NCBI GenBank assembly: GCA_043809245.1
Contig: JAZDDZ010000007.1
Span: 1 to 64,000, forward strand
DNA from: Candidatus Iainarchaeum sp.
GTDB taxonomy: Archaea; Iainarchaeota; Iainarchaeia; Iainarchaeales; JAZDDZ01
Direction of reading: 5' to 3'
Length of the DNA stretch: 64,000 bases
In this document: positions 8,746 through 21,958 of the stretch, piece by piece
Position numbering within the stretch: position 1 is the stretch's first letter
Layout of the letters: each line of letters opens with the position of its first letter
The notes under the pieces: model-generated
Database searches by the model: none
What the model was told of the DNA's origin: nothing
The model's input: only the letters and a program-made list of their open reading frames with translations
Made by a program: the position numbers and the translations under genes

Positions 8746-9444
8746 ATGGCACTCCGAGAATTGGTTCAGGAGATAGAAGAAGAAGCGCAACAGGAAGCGA
8801 AAAAGCTCAGAAGCGAGGCAAAGGAAGCCAATGCCTTGCTCGAGGAAGCCGAAAGGCAGAAAGAGCAGATACTTGCAAAGGCGAAAAGCGAAGCCGCAAG
8901 GCTCATTGAAGCGGAACAAAACCAGCGCATTGCAGCGGCAAGGCTCAAGGCAAGGCAGATTCAGGCGGAAGCAGTTGAGCACGCGATAAATGCTTCGCTG
9001 GACGAGGCATGGGAAGCGCTTCTTGAAATGCGAAAAGAAAAAGAATACAGGGATTCACTGCACGCAAACATCTCCGAAGCAAAAAAAGAACTGGGCGAAA
9101 ACGCTACAGTCGAAGTCAACAAGGACGACAGGAAATTGGTCGCCGGGCACAAGGTCGAGGAAATAGAATGCGCCGGCGGAGCGATAATCAAAAGCGCTGA
9201 CGGAAAAATAAGGATTGACGCAACGCTTGAAGAGCTTTTCGCGCAGAAAAAAGGGGTTATGAGGAAAAAAATCTTCGATGCCCTGTTCGCCGGAGCGCTG
9301 AAAAAGCCTGAAGCGAAAATGGAGCCTTTGAAAGTCAAGGAAGCGAAAACCGCGGTGACTAAAAAAGCGAACAGCAATGGCAATAGCAGGAAAAAAGCAA
9401 ACTCAAATGGAAATAAAAAAAAGGGAAAGGGAAAAAAGAGATGA
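8746..9444 (+). CDS. atpE: A1Ao ATP synthase subunit E
   Basis: N-terminal coiled coil, GGAIIKSADGKIRIDATLE motif; operon position. Confidence 0.92.
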   Translation: MALRELVQEIEEEAQQEAKKLRSEAKEANALLEEAERQKEQILAKAKSEAARLIEAEQNQRIAAARLKARQIQAEAVEHAINASLDEAWEALLEMRKEKEYRDSLHANISEAKKELGENATVEVNKDDRKLVAGHKVEEIECAGGAIIKSADGKIRIDATLEELFAQKKGVMRKKIFDALFAGALKKPEAKMEPLKVKEAKTAVTKKANSNGNSRKKANSNGNKKKGKGKKR

Positions 9445-10475
9445 TCGGGAAAACTTTTGCGTACAGTTACGCGAATGCGCGCGTGAAGGCAATGAAGACA
9501 CTGCTTTTGGACAAGTCATTGCTTGAGGAAATGGTCAAGGCCGCGGGGATTCCTGAAATAATTTCCGTTCTTGAGCGAACAAATTACAGGCAGGATTTGA
9601 GCGCTTTGGGCGTGAAGCACGCAGGCGCCGAGCTTGTGGAGTTTGCCCTTGGGAGAAGCTTTGCAAGGGACGCGAGGAAAATTATTGACATTACCCCCAA
9701 ACAGGGAAAGCAAAGCGTTCTGGCTTTGCTTGAACAATGGGATGTGCAGAACCTTAAGACGATTATTCTTGCGAAAAGCCTGCAGAAAGGCGACATAGAG
9801 AAGTATTTGGTGCCTGCTGCTTCGCTGAAGGAAAAGGATTTGAAGAGGCTGTTGGAGCAGAGGGATGTGGATGAACTGGTTTCATTTCTGCAGGGAACAA
9901 GGTACGGAGCTGCTTTGCAGAGAAGCCTTGATGAGTTCAGGAAGTCAAAGGATGTAACGCCTTTGCTTAACGCATTGGACCTTAACTATCTTAACAGGCT
10001 TGGGAAATCAATCGTGCCAAAGTACGAGGATGAGAAAGCTGTTAAAAAAATGGTGCGGGAAAAAATTGACGCGAAAAACATAATGCTTGTGCTGCGCGCA
10101 AAAAAACAGGGCTTGGAGAACGTGGAGAAGTTCCTTGTATCCGGCGGAACAATAACAAAGGATGGCTTGCAGGAACTTGCAGCGGCAAAAGACGCGGAGG
10201 CAGTTGTGATGAAAGTTAAGGACAAGTTTGACCTTTCCAAGGAACTGGAGGAATTCAGGAAAGACGGGAGCCTTTCGCACTTTGAGTCAATGCTTGAAAG
10301 GGCTGTGGCGGAAAAGGCAATGCAGAGAATGAGGACAGCTGTCCAGAGCCTTGCAGTGATTGCAGCATACTTGGTGATGAAGGAAAACGAGACAAGCAAC
10401 ATAAGGAAGATTGTGAGGGGAAAGGAATTCCTTTTGCCCGAGGAAAAAATAAGGGAGATGCTTTTGCTTAACTAA
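9441..10475 (+). CDS. atpC: A1Ao ATP synthase subunit C
   Basis: YSYANARVKAMK..LL, WDVQNLKTI, KENETSNIRKI. Confidence 0.93.
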   Translation: MIGKTFAYSYANARVKAMKTLLLDKSLLEEMVKAAGIPEIISVLERTNYRQDLSALGVKHAGAELVEFALGRSFARDARKIIDITPKQGKQSVLALLEQWDVQNLKTIILAKSLQKGDIEKYLVPAASLKEKDLKRLLEQRDVDELVSFLQGTRYGAALQRSLDEFRKSKDVTPLLNALDLNYLNRLGKSIVPKYEDEKAVKKMVREKIDAKNIMLVLRAKKQGLENVEKFLVSGGTITKDGLQELAAAKDAEAVVMKVKDKFDLSKELEEFRKDGSLSHFESMLERAVAEKAMQRMRTAVQSLAVIAAYLVMKENETSNIRKIVRGKEFLLPEEKIREMLLLN

Positions 10476-10492
10476 AGCGGATGTGAAGAGTT

Positions 10493-10849
10493 ATGGCTGA
10501 CGAGCAGAAAAGTTTTGGCGCGGTTGCGGTTATAGGTGATGAGGCAATGTGCACTGGCTTCAAAATGGCGGGAATAGAGAAGTGCTTTGAATTGGAGGGC
10601 GCGCAGGCGGAGAATAAGTTAAGGGAATTCGTTGAGGGAAAGAACGCGAACATTGTTATAGTTGATGAAAAAATTTTATTCGATGCGGACTGGCGGTTGA
10701 GGAAGAGGATTGAAATCAGCGCGAGGCCAGTGGTTGTTGCAATTCCCGGCAAAAGGGGGCCTGTAAAGGAAAAGGAAGCCGCTTCATTAAGGGAATTGGT
10801 GAAGAGAGCGCTTGGATTTGATTTGATGAAGGAAGGAAAAAAGGCATAG
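10493..10849 (+). CDS. atpF: A1Ao ATP synthase subunit F
   Basis: VAVIGDEAMCTGFKMAG, PVVVAIP, LRELVKRALGFD. Confidence 0.93.
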   Translation: MADEQKSFGAVAVIGDEAMCTGFKMAGIEKCFELEGAQAENKLREFVEGKNANIVIVDEKILFDADWRLRKRIEISARPVVVAIPGKRGPVKEKEAASLRELVKRALGFDLMKEGKKA

Positions 10850-10859
10850 GTGATGAAAA

Positions 10860-13800
10860 ATGGCGGGAGTTTTAAGCAAGATTTCAGGGCCGGTTGTTGA
10901 AGCCGAGAAAATGCTCGGTGCAAAAATGTACAACGTGGTCAAGGTCGGAAAAGAAAAGCTTATTGGAGAGATAATCAGGATTAACGCTGATGTCGCAACA
11001 ATTCAGGTTTACGAGGACACCTCAGGCCTGACTCCCGGAGAGCCTGTTGAGGACACAGGCAAAGCGCTTTCAGTGCAGCTTGCGCCCGGCATACTGAAAT
11101 CCATTTATGACGGAATACAGAGGCCGTTGGAAGTCATCCGGGAGCAGAGCGGTGACTTCATTGCAAGGGGAATAACAACCAACGCAATTGATTTGAAAAA
11201 GAAATGGGATTTCGTGCCTGTAGCAAAGAAAGGCGAAGACGTTGTTTTAGGGGAGGTTATAGGCGAGGTTCAGGAAACAGAGTTGATTGTGCACAAAATA
11301 ATGTCGCAGGCAGAGGGAAAGCTTGTTGAAGTGAAGGAAGGGAAATTCACTGTTGAGGAAAACATTTACACCATTGAATCGCATGGAAAAAAAACCTCTT
11401 ACCCAATGCTGCAGTACTGGGAAGTGAGAAAGCCGAGGCCATACAAGGAAAAATTCGCGCCAAACATTCCCCTCATCACAGGGCAGAGGGTCATTGACAC
11501 TTTCTTTCCGATTGCAAAGGGAGGCACTGCGTGCATTCCAGGGCCTTTTGGGAGCGGAAAATGCGTGAGCGGTGAAACGCCAATACTCGCAAACGGAGAA
11601 ATAAAAGAAATAAAAATGGTTTTTGACGAAGCAGTGGAGAGAGGAGAAGGCAGGGTAGAGGAAAACAAAGCTCTTAATGAAACAATAATTGAATTGAATC
11701 AGCCGATTGAAGTGCAGACTTTTGACGGAAAAGAGATAAGGAAAGGCAATGCAACGCATCTTTACAAGGGAAAAACAAGCCAATTGGTTGAGGTTAAAAC
11801 AAGGTCCGGCAAAAAGGTTAAGCTTACGCCAATCCACAAGCTGTTCAGGCTGAACGAAGAACTGTGCATTGAAGAAACCGAAGCAATGAATTTGAAAGAA
11901 TGCGACTTCATTGTTTCCCCGAGAAAAATTGAATTAAACGAAGAATACCAGAAGATAGATATAGGCTTTGAATGCAGAGTTACAGACAATTTTGTGCTGG
12001 GCAAAATGCCTGTGCTGATTAACAGGCTGGTGAAGGAAAAAGGCATTACAAGAAAACAGCTTGCAAAAGAAATGGGCGAAAAGGAGCATACCTTGAGCAA
12101 TGTTTATTCAAAGGCAAACAAGCCAACCGTTGCGCTTGCAAGGAAAATTTTTGCGCTCGCAAACGAGAAACTTGAAATTAATAAAATAAAGACGGAAAGG
12201 CATTCGCACGAAATGAATGTTCCTGCGTACCTTGATGAAGAGCTGGCCGAATTCATTGGCTTTCTTTTTTCGGAGGGAAGCATTAAGGCTAAGAGGGCAG
12301 TGCATTTCTATAACAATGATGAAACGCTAAGAAGCAGGGTTAAAGAGCTTGGAATAAAATTGTTCGGCCTTGAAGGAAAAGAGTATTATGCAAGGACAGT
12401 CCACGCGGTTAGCTTTGAAAGCAACGCACTGGCAAGATTGCTTAATTCGCTTGGAATGCCTTTCAACAAAAAGTCAAGGAATGTTGAAGTGCCAAAGGAA
12501 CTTCTTAAATCGCCTGAAAGCGCAATCAAGAGTTTCCTCAAGGCATACATTGCTGGCGATGGTCATGTCGGCAAGAGGGGAATGGAGATAACGAGCGCAA
12601 GCAAGAAAATGCAAATGGGCTTGGGATATTTGCTGCTAAGGTTAGGCGCATTATTCAAGACCGCAGAGAAAAAAGTTAATGGAACAACTTATTACAGGGT
12701 ATTCATCGCGCCAAAAGAGGCAATAAAAATAGATGCAGCGTATTACGGAAACGGATTCCGCTTCAATTCCACCGACATTGTTCCAATGACTCCGGAGCTG
12801 TTCAAAAAAATGCTCGGTGCAAAAAAACCATTCGAACTGGAAAAAAGGGGAATTACAACCGCAGCGTATTACAATAAGGCGAATTTCACTGCAGGGACAT
12901 TTGAAAAAATAATTGGATTGATTGAAACCGCGCCGCAATTCACTGCATTGGCTGACGCGCTGGAATATGTTTTCTGCGACAAAATAGTTGAAATACGGAA
13001 ACTGGAGGGAGAAGCTGATGTGTATGATTTGACTGTGCCTGAAACGCATAATTTCATCGGTGGCTTTTCTCCAATGATACTGCACAATACAGTCACGCAG
13101 CAAGCCTTGGCTAAGTGGAGTGACACGGAGATAGTTGTTTACATCGGTTGTGGTGAACGAGGAAACGAAATGACTGAAGTGTTAACGGAGTTCCCACAGC
13201 TTGTTGACCCAAAAAGCGGAAAGCCGCTGATGGAAAGGACGATTTTGATTGCGAACACTTCCAACATGCCTGTTGCTGCAAGGGAGGCAAGCGTTTACAC
13301 GGGAATAACAATCGCGGAGTATTACCGTGACATGGGTTATGCGGTTGGATTAATGGCTGACTCAACTTCGCGTTGGGCTGAAGCGATGAGGGAAATTGGC
13401 GGAAGGTTAGAGGAAATGCCTGGAGAAGAGGGATACCCTGCTTACCTTGCGAGAAGGTTAGCGGAGTTTTATGAAAGGGCTGGAAGAATTGAGTGCCTTG
13501 GAAAAGACAAAAGGATTGGATCAGTTACAGTCATTGGTGCAGTCAGCCCCCCTGGCGGAGATTTAAGTGAGCCGGTCAGCCAGAACACTTTGCGCGTTAC
13601 AAAGGTTTTTTTGGCGCTTGACGCGGATTTGGCGCATAGAAGGCATTTTCCCGCAATCCACTGGCTGAAAAGCTATTCACTTTACCTGGATAACCTGGAG
13701 AATTGGTTTGATGAGAATGTTTCCCCTGAATGGATTGAAATGAGGAAAGAGGCAATGGCTTTATTGCAGAAGGAAGCAGAACTGCAGGAAATAGTGCAGC

Positions 13801-14135
13801 TTGTGGGGCCTGATGCTTTGCCTGAAAAAGAACAGGCAGTGCTGATGGCTTCAAGGATGTTAAGGGAGGACTTTTTGCAGCAGAGCGCATTCCACGAAGT
13901 TGACACTTACGCGAGCCTGAAAAAGCAGGCGCTGATGATGAAAACCATTCTGCACTTCTACCACAAGGCAATGGGTTCACTGGAGCTTGGGGTTCAGCTG
14001 AAAAAAATAAACGAGTTAAAGGTAAGGCACGACATTGCGAGAATGAAGGAAATTCCTGAAAAAGAACTGAACAAGCTTGAGGCAATTGAAGGGGAAATTG
14101 AAAGGCAGTTCTCGCAGTTAAAGGGAGGCGCTTGA
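10860..14135 (+). CDS. atpA: A1Ao ATP synthase catalytic subunit A, intein-containing (582-aa extein)
   Basis: ISGPVV, QVYEDT, Walker A GPFGSGK/T split by an intein, [18 protein letters not shown]. Confidence 0.97.
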   Translation: MAGVLSKISGPVVEAEKMLGAKMYNVVKVGKEKLIGEIIRINADVATIQVYEDTSGLTPGEPVEDTGKALSVQLAPGILKSIYDGIQRPLEVIREQSGDFIARGITTNAIDLKKKWDFVPVAKKGEDVVLGEVIGEVQETELIVHKIMSQAEGKLVEVKEGKFTVEENIYTIESHGKKTSYPMLQYWEVRKPRPYKEKFAPNIPLITGQRVIDTFFPIAKGGTACIPGPFGSGKCVSGETPILANGEIKEIKMVFDEAVERGEGRVEENKALNETIIELNQPIEVQTFDGKEIRKGNATHLYKGKTSQLVEVKTRSGKKVKLTPIHKLFRLNEELCIEETEAMNLKECDFIVSPRKIELNEEYQKIDIGFECRVTDNFVLGKMPVLINRLVKEKGITRKQLAKEMGEKEHTLSNVYSKANKPTVALARKIFALANEKLEINKIKTERHSHEMNVPAYLDEELAEFIGFLFSEGSIKAKRAVHFYNNDETLRSRVKELGIKLFGLEGKEYYARTVHAVSFESNALARLLNSLGMPFNKKSRNVEVPKELLKSPESAIKSFLKAYIAGDGHVGKRGMEITSASKKMQMGLGYLLLRLGALFKTAEKKVNGTTYYRVFIAPKEAIKIDAAYYGNGFRFNSTDIVPMTPELFKKMLGAKKPFELEKRGITTAAYYNKANFTAGTFEKIIGLIETAPQFTALADALEYVFCDKIVEIRKLEGEADVYDLTVPETHNFIGGFSPMILHNTVTQQALAKWSDTEIVVYIGCGERGNEMTEVLTEFPQLVDPKSGKPLMERTILIANTSNMPVAAREASVYTGITIAEYYRDMGYAVGLMADSTSRWAEAMREIGGRLEEMPGEEGYPAYLARRLAEFYERAGRIECLGKDKRIGSVTVIGAVSPPGGDLSEPVSQNTLRVTKVFLALDADLAHRRHFPAIHWLKSYSLYLDNLENWFDENVSPEWIEMRKEAMALLQKEAELQEIVQLVGPDALPEKEQAVLMASRMLREDFLQQSAFHEVDTYASLKKQALMMKTILHFYHKAMGSLELGVQLKKINELKVRHDIARMKEIPEKELNKLEAIEGEIERQFSQLKGGA
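11562..13088 (+). mobile_element. Intein with LAGLIDADG homing endonuclease in atpA (509 aa, P-loop site)
   Basis: GSGK|CVSGETPI...LTPIHKLF...[20 protein letters not shown]|TVTQ; endonuclease motifs [13 protein letters not shown] and [10 protein letters not shown]; XRE-like HTH insert. Confidence 0.95.
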
Positions 14136-14136
14136 A

Positions 14137-17100
14137 ATGATCAAGGAATACCAGACTGTTAATGCAATTGAAGGGCCGCTTGTATTCGTTGAAGGCGTTC
14201 AGGGCGTTGGATACAACGAACTTGTTGAAGTCATACTGCCCAGTGGAGAAAGAAAAAAAGGACAGGTGCTGGAGACAAGCAAAGGCCTTGCCGTTGTCCA
14301 GTTATTCGGCCCAACCGGAGGACTTGACGCAAAGGATACAAGGGTAAAATTTTTGGGCGAAACAATGAAGTTAAGCGTTTCAGATGAAATGCTTGGAAGG
14401 ATTTTCAACGGATTGGGTGAGCCAAAAGACAAGGGCGCGCCGATAATTGCTGAGGCCAGGCTTGACATTAACGGCGCTGCAATAAACCCTTATGCAAGGG
14501 CGCAGCCGCGTGACTTCATCCAGACAGGGGTAAGCTCAATTGACGCGATGAACACGCTTGTAAGGGGCCAGAAGCTTCCTATTTTTTCGGGAAGCGGTTT
14601 GCCGCACAATGACCTCGCGGTGCAGATTGCAAGGCAGGCAAAAGTTTTAGGCAAAGAAGAGCAGTTCGCTGTCATTTTTGCAGCTGTTGGAATAACGCAC
14701 GAAGAGGCAAGCTTTTTCATGCAGGACTTTGAAAGGACTGGGGCGCTTGAAAGGGCAGTGCTGTTCTTGAATTTGGCTGATGACCCAAGCGTTGAAAGGC
14801 TTATTACGCCGAGGCTTGCATTGACTACAGCCGAGTATCTTGCTTTTGAAAAGGGAATGCAGGTGCTTGTGGTAATAACTGATATGACGAATTACTGTCT
14901 AGATTCTGGTACGGAGATGATACTTTCAAACGGTGAAATAATAGACATCGGATCATATGTTAACTCAAATTTAAAAGAAACCCCCAATACATTTTTCTTA
15001 AAACAACCAGTAGCTGTTGCTGGCAAAGGTACGCTACAATTGGAGGCTATCACTGCAAACAGCCAGCCAAATAAAATCAAAGTTCTTTCATGGGGCGAAA
15101 ATAAAACTAGGCCCATGAATGTTTTGGCATTCCAAAAGATTAAAGCGCCGGCAAAAATGGTGGAACTAAAAACTCGCTCTGGACAAAAAATATTGCTAAC
15201 CGAAGACCACAAAGTGTGCGTTGATACAATAAATGGCCCGGCAATGGTTGAGGCGGGGAAGATAAGCAAAGGAGACGAAATATTAGCGGCTTCAAAGATT
15301 TCACTTGAAAGCGAATGGGCGCCAAGCATACTGGAACTTATTTGCAGCGATAACGCGCCAAAATTATTCGTACACCTAAACAAAGACACAAAAGAAAAGT
15401 TGAAAGAAGCGCTCAAGGAAAAATTTGAAAGCTTAAATAAAGCTTGTAAAATGCTGGAATTAAACTATGATTCAATAACGAACCCAAAGTGCGGCATAGA
15501 ATCAAGAGAGTTAAGTAAAATTTGCAGAGAAACGGACTTCACATTAAGCTATTTATCCAGCCGCATAGAGCGAATAGCCTCAGAAAAAAGCAAAAGCGTT
15601 AGAATTGGGTTTGACAAAGTGAATGCAGATCTACTGTATTTATTCGGTTTAATTGCGTCTGATGGAAGTGTTATTGTAAATGAAAGAAGCGGCATATATA
15701 GAGTTGACTTTTCAAACAAAAATGAAAAATTAATTAGCACATATGTTGAAAAGATGCATAAATTGTTTCCGCAGCTGAAAATAAGCCTGTTCAGCTCAAA
15801 AAGCGGCGTAATAATAGCCAGAATAAATTCAATCTTCTTGGCTCATGTTGCTAATATGCTTGGCATTGTTGACATGAATCTTAAACCAGTGTTCAAGCTA
15901 TCTGAGCAAAACATTGCTTGCTTTTTGAAAGGCTACTTTGACGGTGACGGCACAATTACTGGCTTGAAGCGTTCTCTGAAAGTGGCTTACACAACTGTAA
16001 ACAGGCTGACTGCAAAAAGAATTCAGTTGCTCTTGAAGAGACTGGGCATCAGAAGTGTAATCGTTGAGAGAAAACCAACAAAAACATCATTTGGAAGAAG
16101 TAATGTGTTCGACATTGTTGTAAGAGGAAAAAAAGATATGCTGAACTTTATCAGCAAAGTAGGCAGTAACCACCCCCAAAAATTGGAAAAAATGGGATTC
16201 GCGGCTAAAAACAGGTTTATTGGCGGAAAAAACTGTTATTCAAATGATTTTGACAAAGTTCCAAAAGCATGTTCCGCAATTTTTAAAAATTTAAGAAAGC
16301 GGAATAAAATTTCACAAACCATGATTTGCCAGGGCGGATTTATAAGTGAGTTCGAAAACAATAAGAAGAGAATATCCAAGGAGCAGTTATGTTCCTGGAT
16401 ATCTAAATTAAAAAAGCTAATAGCAGTTGATGAATCTAACAAAAAAGCGTTGCAGATATTAGATGGCTATACCTCGGAAGAATTCTATTTTGACAAAGTT
16501 ATTAGCACAGCCACTATAGATTACGCTAAAGAATTTGTGTACGACATAACTGTTGAAGGTACGCACAAATTCATAATAGAAAATGGTTTAATAGTTTCAA
16601 ACTGCGAGGCATTGAGGGAGATTTCAAGCGCAAGGGAAGAGGTGCCTGGAAGAAGGGGCTACCCAGGATACCTTTACACTGACTTAGCGTCAATTTACGA
16701 GCGTGCTGGAGTGATTAAGGGAAAAAATGGGTCAGTGACACAATTCTCAATTCTTTCAATGCCAGGGGATGACATAACGCACCCGATTCCAGACTTAACT
16801 GGCTACATAACGGAGGGCCAGATTGTTTTAAGCCGCGATATTCACAGGAAAGGCATTTATCCTGCAATTGATGTTTTGCCCTGTCTTTCAAGGCTGATGA
16901 ATCTCGGCATAGGCGAGGGAAAAACAAGGTCTGACCACCGCGGGGTCGCAGACCAGCTTTACTCTGGTTACGCGGAAGGAAGGGATTTGAGGGCTTTGAG
17001 CGCTGTTGTGGGGGAAGAGGCCTTAAGCGAAACAGACAAGAATTATCTGCGCTTTGCGGATGCGTTTGAGCAGAAATTTGTCCAGCAGGGAAAACACGAG

Positions 17101-17223
17101 AACAGGAGCTTAGAGCAGACTTTTGAAATTGCCTGGGATTTGCTGTCAACCCTGCCGAAAGAAGAGCTAAAGAGGGTCAAAGAAAAATTCATTGACCAAT
17201 ATTATAAGCCAAAAAAAGAGTGA
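14137..17223 (+). CDS. atpB: A1Ao ATP synthase subunit B, intein-containing (459-aa extein)
   Basis: [66 protein letters not shown]. Confidence 0.97.
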   Translation: MIKEYQTVNAIEGPLVFVEGVQGVGYNELVEVILPSGERKKGQVLETSKGLAVVQLFGPTGGLDAKDTRVKFLGETMKLSVSDEMLGRIFNGLGEPKDKGAPIIAEARLDINGAAINPYARAQPRDFIQTGVSSIDAMNTLVRGQKLPIFSGSGLPHNDLAVQIARQAKVLGKEEQFAVIFAAVGITHEEASFFMQDFERTGALERAVLFLNLADDPSVERLITPRLALTTAEYLAFEKGMQVLVVITDMTNYCLDSGTEMILSNGEIIDIGSYVNSNLKETPNTFFLKQPVAVAGKGTLQLEAITANSQPNKIKVLSWGENKTRPMNVLAFQKIKAPAKMVELKTRSGQKILLTEDHKVCVDTINGPAMVEAGKISKGDEILAASKISLESEWAPSILELICSDNAPKLFVHLNKDTKEKLKEALKEKFESLNKACKMLELNYDSITNPKCGIESRELSKICRETDFTLSYLSSRIERIASEKSKSVRIGFDKVNADLLYLFGLIASDGSVIVNERSGIYRVDFSNKNEKLISTYVEKMHKLFPQLKISLFSSKSGVIIARINSIFLAHVANMLGIVDMNLKPVFKLSEQNIACFLKGYFDGDGTITGLKRSLKVAYTTVNRLTAKRIQLLLKRLGIRSVIVERKPTKTSFGRSNVFDIVVRGKKDMLNFISKVGSNHPQKLEKMGFAAKNRFIGGKNCYSNDFDKVPKACSAIFKNLRKRNKISQTMICQGGFISEFENNKKRISKEQLCSWISKLKKLIAVDESNKKALQILDGYTSEEFYFDKVISTATIDYAKEFVYDITVEGTHKFIIENGLIVSNCEALREISSAREEVPGRRGYPGYLYTDLASIYERAGVIKGKNGSVTQFSILSMPGDDITHPIPDLTGYITEGQIVLSRDIHRKGIYPAIDVLPCLSRLMNLGIGEGKTRSDHRGVADQLYSGYAEGRDLRALSAVVGEEALSETDKNYLRFADAFEQKFVQQGKHENRSLEQTFEIAWDLLSTLPKEELKRVKEKFIDQYYKPKKE
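14896..16602 (+). mobile_element. Intein with LAGLIDADG homing endonuclease in atpB (569 aa)
   Basis: TNY|CLDSGTEM...LTEDHKV...[22 protein letters not shown]|CEAL; motifs [10 protein letters not shown] and [10 protein letters not shown]; visibly more AT-rich than its exteins. Confidence 0.95.
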
Positions 17224-17858
17224 CTTTTGTGGCGGAACAATTCAATCCCACGAGAATGGAACTGATTAAGGCAAGGCAGCGGGCAAAGCTTGCGGCAAAA
17301 GGCCACCAGCTTCTCAAGCAAAAGCGTGATGCGCTTGTAATGGAGTTCTTCAAAATAATGTCAAAGGCAAAGGACTTGCGCGGGGAATTAGAGGAACAAA
17401 TGGCGCGCTCTTATGCCTCTCTTGGAGTTGCACAGGCATTCCATGGAATTTTTGAGGTAGAGCACGTTGCGCTTGCAACCCCGAACATTTCAGGCGTGAA
17501 TTTGGAAGTGAAAAACGTGATGGGAGTCAAGATTCCCTCGCTTGAAGAGGTGCAGGTGAAAAAAGGAGTGCTTGAAAGGGGCTATAGTTTTGTTGGCTCC
17601 AGCGCAAAAATAGACGAGGCAACTGAAGCGTTTGAGAATTCCTTGCATCTTGTATTGAAGCTCGCGGAAACCGAGAACGCAATGAAAAAACTGATTACTG
17701 AAATAGAGAAAACCAAGCGCAGAGTGAACGCGCTTGAATACGTTGTCATCCCACGCCTGAAATCGCAGGCAAAGGCAATCTCTTTCCGCCTTGACGAAAT
17801 GGAAAGGGATAATTTTTTCACGCTGAAAATGATGAAGGGAAAACTGAAGGCGAAATGA
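17220..17858 (+). CDS. atpD: A1Ao ATP synthase subunit D
   Basis: [45 protein letters not shown]. Confidence 0.96.
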   Translation: MTFVAEQFNPTRMELIKARQRAKLAAKGHQLLKQKRDALVMEFFKIMSKAKDLRGELEEQMARSYASLGVAQAFHGIFEVEHVALATPNISGVNLEVKNVMGVKIPSLEEVQVKKGVLERGYSFVGSSAKIDEATEAFENSLHLVLKLAETENAMKKLITEIEKTKRRVNALEYVVIPRLKSQAKAISFRLDEMERDNFFTLKMMKGKLKAK

Positions 17859-17859
17859 A

Positions 17860-18276
17860 TCACATCAGCCTATGCGGCCTGCGCTGCAATGGTTTGGGTT
17901 TTCTTTTTTCCCTTGCCCCAAGTGCGAGTTTGTAAAAATCCAGTTCAAGTTTCTTTTTTCTTTGCCTTCCTTTTAGAAAATCTATTTCTTCAAATTCGTT
18001 GCAAATAACTGAATCATTCATCCGGTTCTGCCCGTGATGTACTCTGATTACATTCTCTTGCCGAAGAACCGCTAATCTGGCTTTTTGCATAGCTTTTTTT
18101 GTTATTTCAAGATTTGCTTTGCAAGCAGTTATTGGAATAAACTCCTTGCTTTTGTTTTCAATTGAAAAAACAGCCTTCAATTGGCTGGGTTCTTTAAAAA
18201 GCTTAAGCCAGTTATTGACGCACTTTAAAAGTTCAGCCTGCATTTGGCGGTCTATTTCGAGTTCTTTTTCACCCAT
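17860..18276 (-). CDS. Hypothetical protein, third gene of the RelE TA operon
   Basis: ATG at 18276 overlaps the end of relE; basic C-terminus RKPKPLQRRPHRLM; no known motif. Confidence 0.6.
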   Translation of the reverse strand: MGEKELEIDRQMQAELLKCVNNWLKLFKEPSQLKAVFSIENKSKEFIPITACKANLEITKKAMQKARLAVLRQENVIRVHHGQNRMNDSVICNEFEEIDFLKGRQRKKKLELDFYKLALGAREKRKPKPLQRRPHRLM

Positions 18277-18517
18277 ACGCGTGCCCTCTGCCGTCAATCC
18301 ATGCAAATTTCACTGTTTTGCCCTGAACTGTGTAGATTATTCTTAGCTTTTCAATTCTTTCACTTTTGAAGTTCTGCAAAGGGTAATGCAATGGTTTTCC
18401 CGCTTCAGGGTTTTCTGCAATTTTTATTATTTTCTTTTTGACCAGTTCCTGCAGCCGGGAATCAAGCTTTTTGTACGCTTTTTTGAATTTGCCAGAATAA
18501 GAAGAAAGATAATCCAT
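18269..18517 (-). CDS. RelE/ParE family toxin
   Basis: YSGKFKKAYKKL...KIAENPEAGKPL...SERIEKLRIIY...GRGHAY RelE pattern. Confidence 0.85.
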   Translation of the reverse strand: MDYLSSYSGKFKKAYKKLDSRLQELVKKKIIKIAENPEAGKPLHYPLQNFKSERIEKLRIIYTVQGKTVKFAWIDGRGHAYG

Positions 18518-18729
18518 CAGGCATCAAGCTCTGCAAGCATTTCTTTAACGGATTCAAATTTCTTTAATTTGCCCTGCTGCACTTCTTCAACTGCATTCCA
18601 AAATTCTGGGTCGCTAAATAATTCCAAGTCTTCAAGGTAATCCTTAAAATCCGCTTTCAGCCTTGAGGCTTCTGCAATCATTCCCTTAACTGCCTTTTTT
18701 TGGATTAAAACAGTTTTGCCATTAGCCAT
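18517..18729 (-). CDS. Putative antitoxin
   Basis: 70-aa protein with acidic C-terminal half (EDLELFSDPEF...GKLKKFESVKEML), coupled to the toxin by a 1-nt overlap. Confidence 0.8.
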   Translation of the reverse strand: MANGKTVLIQKKAVKGMIAEASRLKADFKDYLEDLELFSDPEFWNAVEEVQQGKLKKFESVKEMLAELDA

Positions 18730-18753
18730 AATTTTTCTCCTAAAATATTCATT

Positions 18754-18773
18754 GGGCTAAAGCCCTATAAAAA
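18754..18773 (-). promoter_or_regulatory. TATA box plus palindrome upstream of the RelE TA operon
   Basis: Minus-strand TTTTTATA (18773-18766) immediately followed by inverted repeat GGGCT-N2-AGCCC (18754-18765). Confidence 0.45.
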
Positions 18774-18792
18774 GCTTGTGCACGTACTGATT

Positions 18793-20013
18793 TCACTTTT
18801 TCCCGAGTATTTCCAGCCCTGGAAGGGTTCCATCGGAAAGGTATTGGAGCAATGCTTTTCCCGCCAGGCTCATGTGCTGAAAGTCAGAGGGAAGCAAACC
18901 CAAATCGCTTAAAGCCCTTTCAGTGTCCCCGCCCCCCAAAATGGAGTAAGTGCGGGAGAATGCAAGGCATTCAAGTATCTTCTTGGTGCCTAGGCGGAAC
19001 GCGGTTTCCTCGTAAACCCCCATTGGGCCGTTAAAAACAGCCAGGTTTGAGGCCTTAATTTTTGACTTGAAGAGCTCAACAGTGTCATAACCTATGTCCA
19101 TTGTGTCGAATTCCGTTGGCAAATCCTCTGCCTTTAACTCCTTTCTTTTATGCTTATTCGTGCTTCCATTGGCTTTAAACGCCAAATCCACGGGCAAAAC
19201 AATCTTTTCCCCGAATTCCTGGAGGATTTTTTTGGCTTCAGGCAAAAGCCTGTCATGGCCTTTCATTTCAAAAAAACCGTCTTTTTTGCCCAATTCAAAG
19301 CCCTTGGCTTTTAGGAAAAGTTCGCCAAACAAGCCCCCCAGACAGGCCTCATCTGCTTTGCCTGATTTAAGCATTTTATGCAAAAGCTTAATCGAATCAG
19401 CGAGTTTTGAACCGCCCAAAACCAATAGCTTTTTGTCCTTTATTTCCTCAAGCTTGTGCAGTGCCTCCAATTCCTTTGAAAGAAATGGGCCTGCAACGCA
19501 AGGCAAGTGGTGCGCGAAGCCGACAACAGTTGCGTGCGAGCGGTGGCAAATACTTAAGGCGTCCTGCACAAACAAGTCGCCTAAAGGCGCGAGTTTTTTC
19601 ACCATCTCGCACTGGGCGTGCTCCGAGGAAACGAGTTCCTTGTGTTCGTCTGAAACCATTCGCGTGTTCTCAAGCACGAGAATTTCACCGTTGCTTAAGC
19701 CCTTAATTGACTGCGTATAATTGTCCTCCCATGTGTTGAAGCCAACAGGCCTGTCAAGCAGCTTTTTTATGAGCTTTGCATGGCGGTAAAGGGAAACGAA
19801 ATCGTCATCCCCGGGCCTTCCCTGGTGCGAGAGTACAGCCACTTTTGCGCCTTCCTCAACGAGATAGTAAATGCTTTTCGCGTGCTCCCTTATGCGCGAG
19901 GAAAGCACCACGCGCCCCTCAACCACTGAACTGTTGAGGTCTGCGCGCAGAAAAACGGTTTTTCCCTTCAAGTCCGGAACATCGTAAACAGATTTAAAAT
20001 GCAATAAGCCCAC
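18793..20013 (-). CDS. pgk: Phosphoglycerate kinase (archaeal type)
   Basis: RADLNS, SHQGRPG, LENTR, HRSHAT, LGGSK, MDIG, NGPMGVYE, GGGDT. Confidence 0.95.
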   Translation of the reverse strand: MGLLHFKSVYDVPDLKGKTVFLRADLNSSVVEGRVVLSSRIREHAKSIYYLVEEGAKVAVLSHQGRPGDDDFVSLYRHAKLIKKLLDRPVGFNTWEDNYTQSIKGLSNGEILVLENTRMVSDEHKELVSSEHAQCEMVKKLAPLGDLFVQDALSICHRSHATVVGFAHHLPCVAGPFLSKELEALHKLEEIKDKKLLVLGGSKLADSIKLLHKMLKSGKADEACLGGLFGELFLKAKGFELGKKDGFFEMKGHDRLLPEAKKILQEFGEKIVLPVDLAFKANGSTNKHKRKELKAEDLPTEFDTMDIGYDTVELFKSKIKASNLAVFNGPMGVYEETAFRLGTKKILECLAFSRTYSILGGGDTERALSDLGLLPSDFQHMSLAGKALLQYLSDGTLPGLEILGKK

Positions 20014-20084
20014 CGAATAAAAGGGGTTCGGATAAAAATAAATATATAAGCATTCGAATTTAAGGGTTTAATAAGGCGGAAAAA

Positions 20085-21878
<1,794 letters not shown>

Positions 21879-21958
21879 TCAAGCCAATAGAATTGGAGGG
21901 GGAATTATTTTAAAGCGAACCGCGGATTCATAATAGTACCGAACGCACAGGTGTTTTT

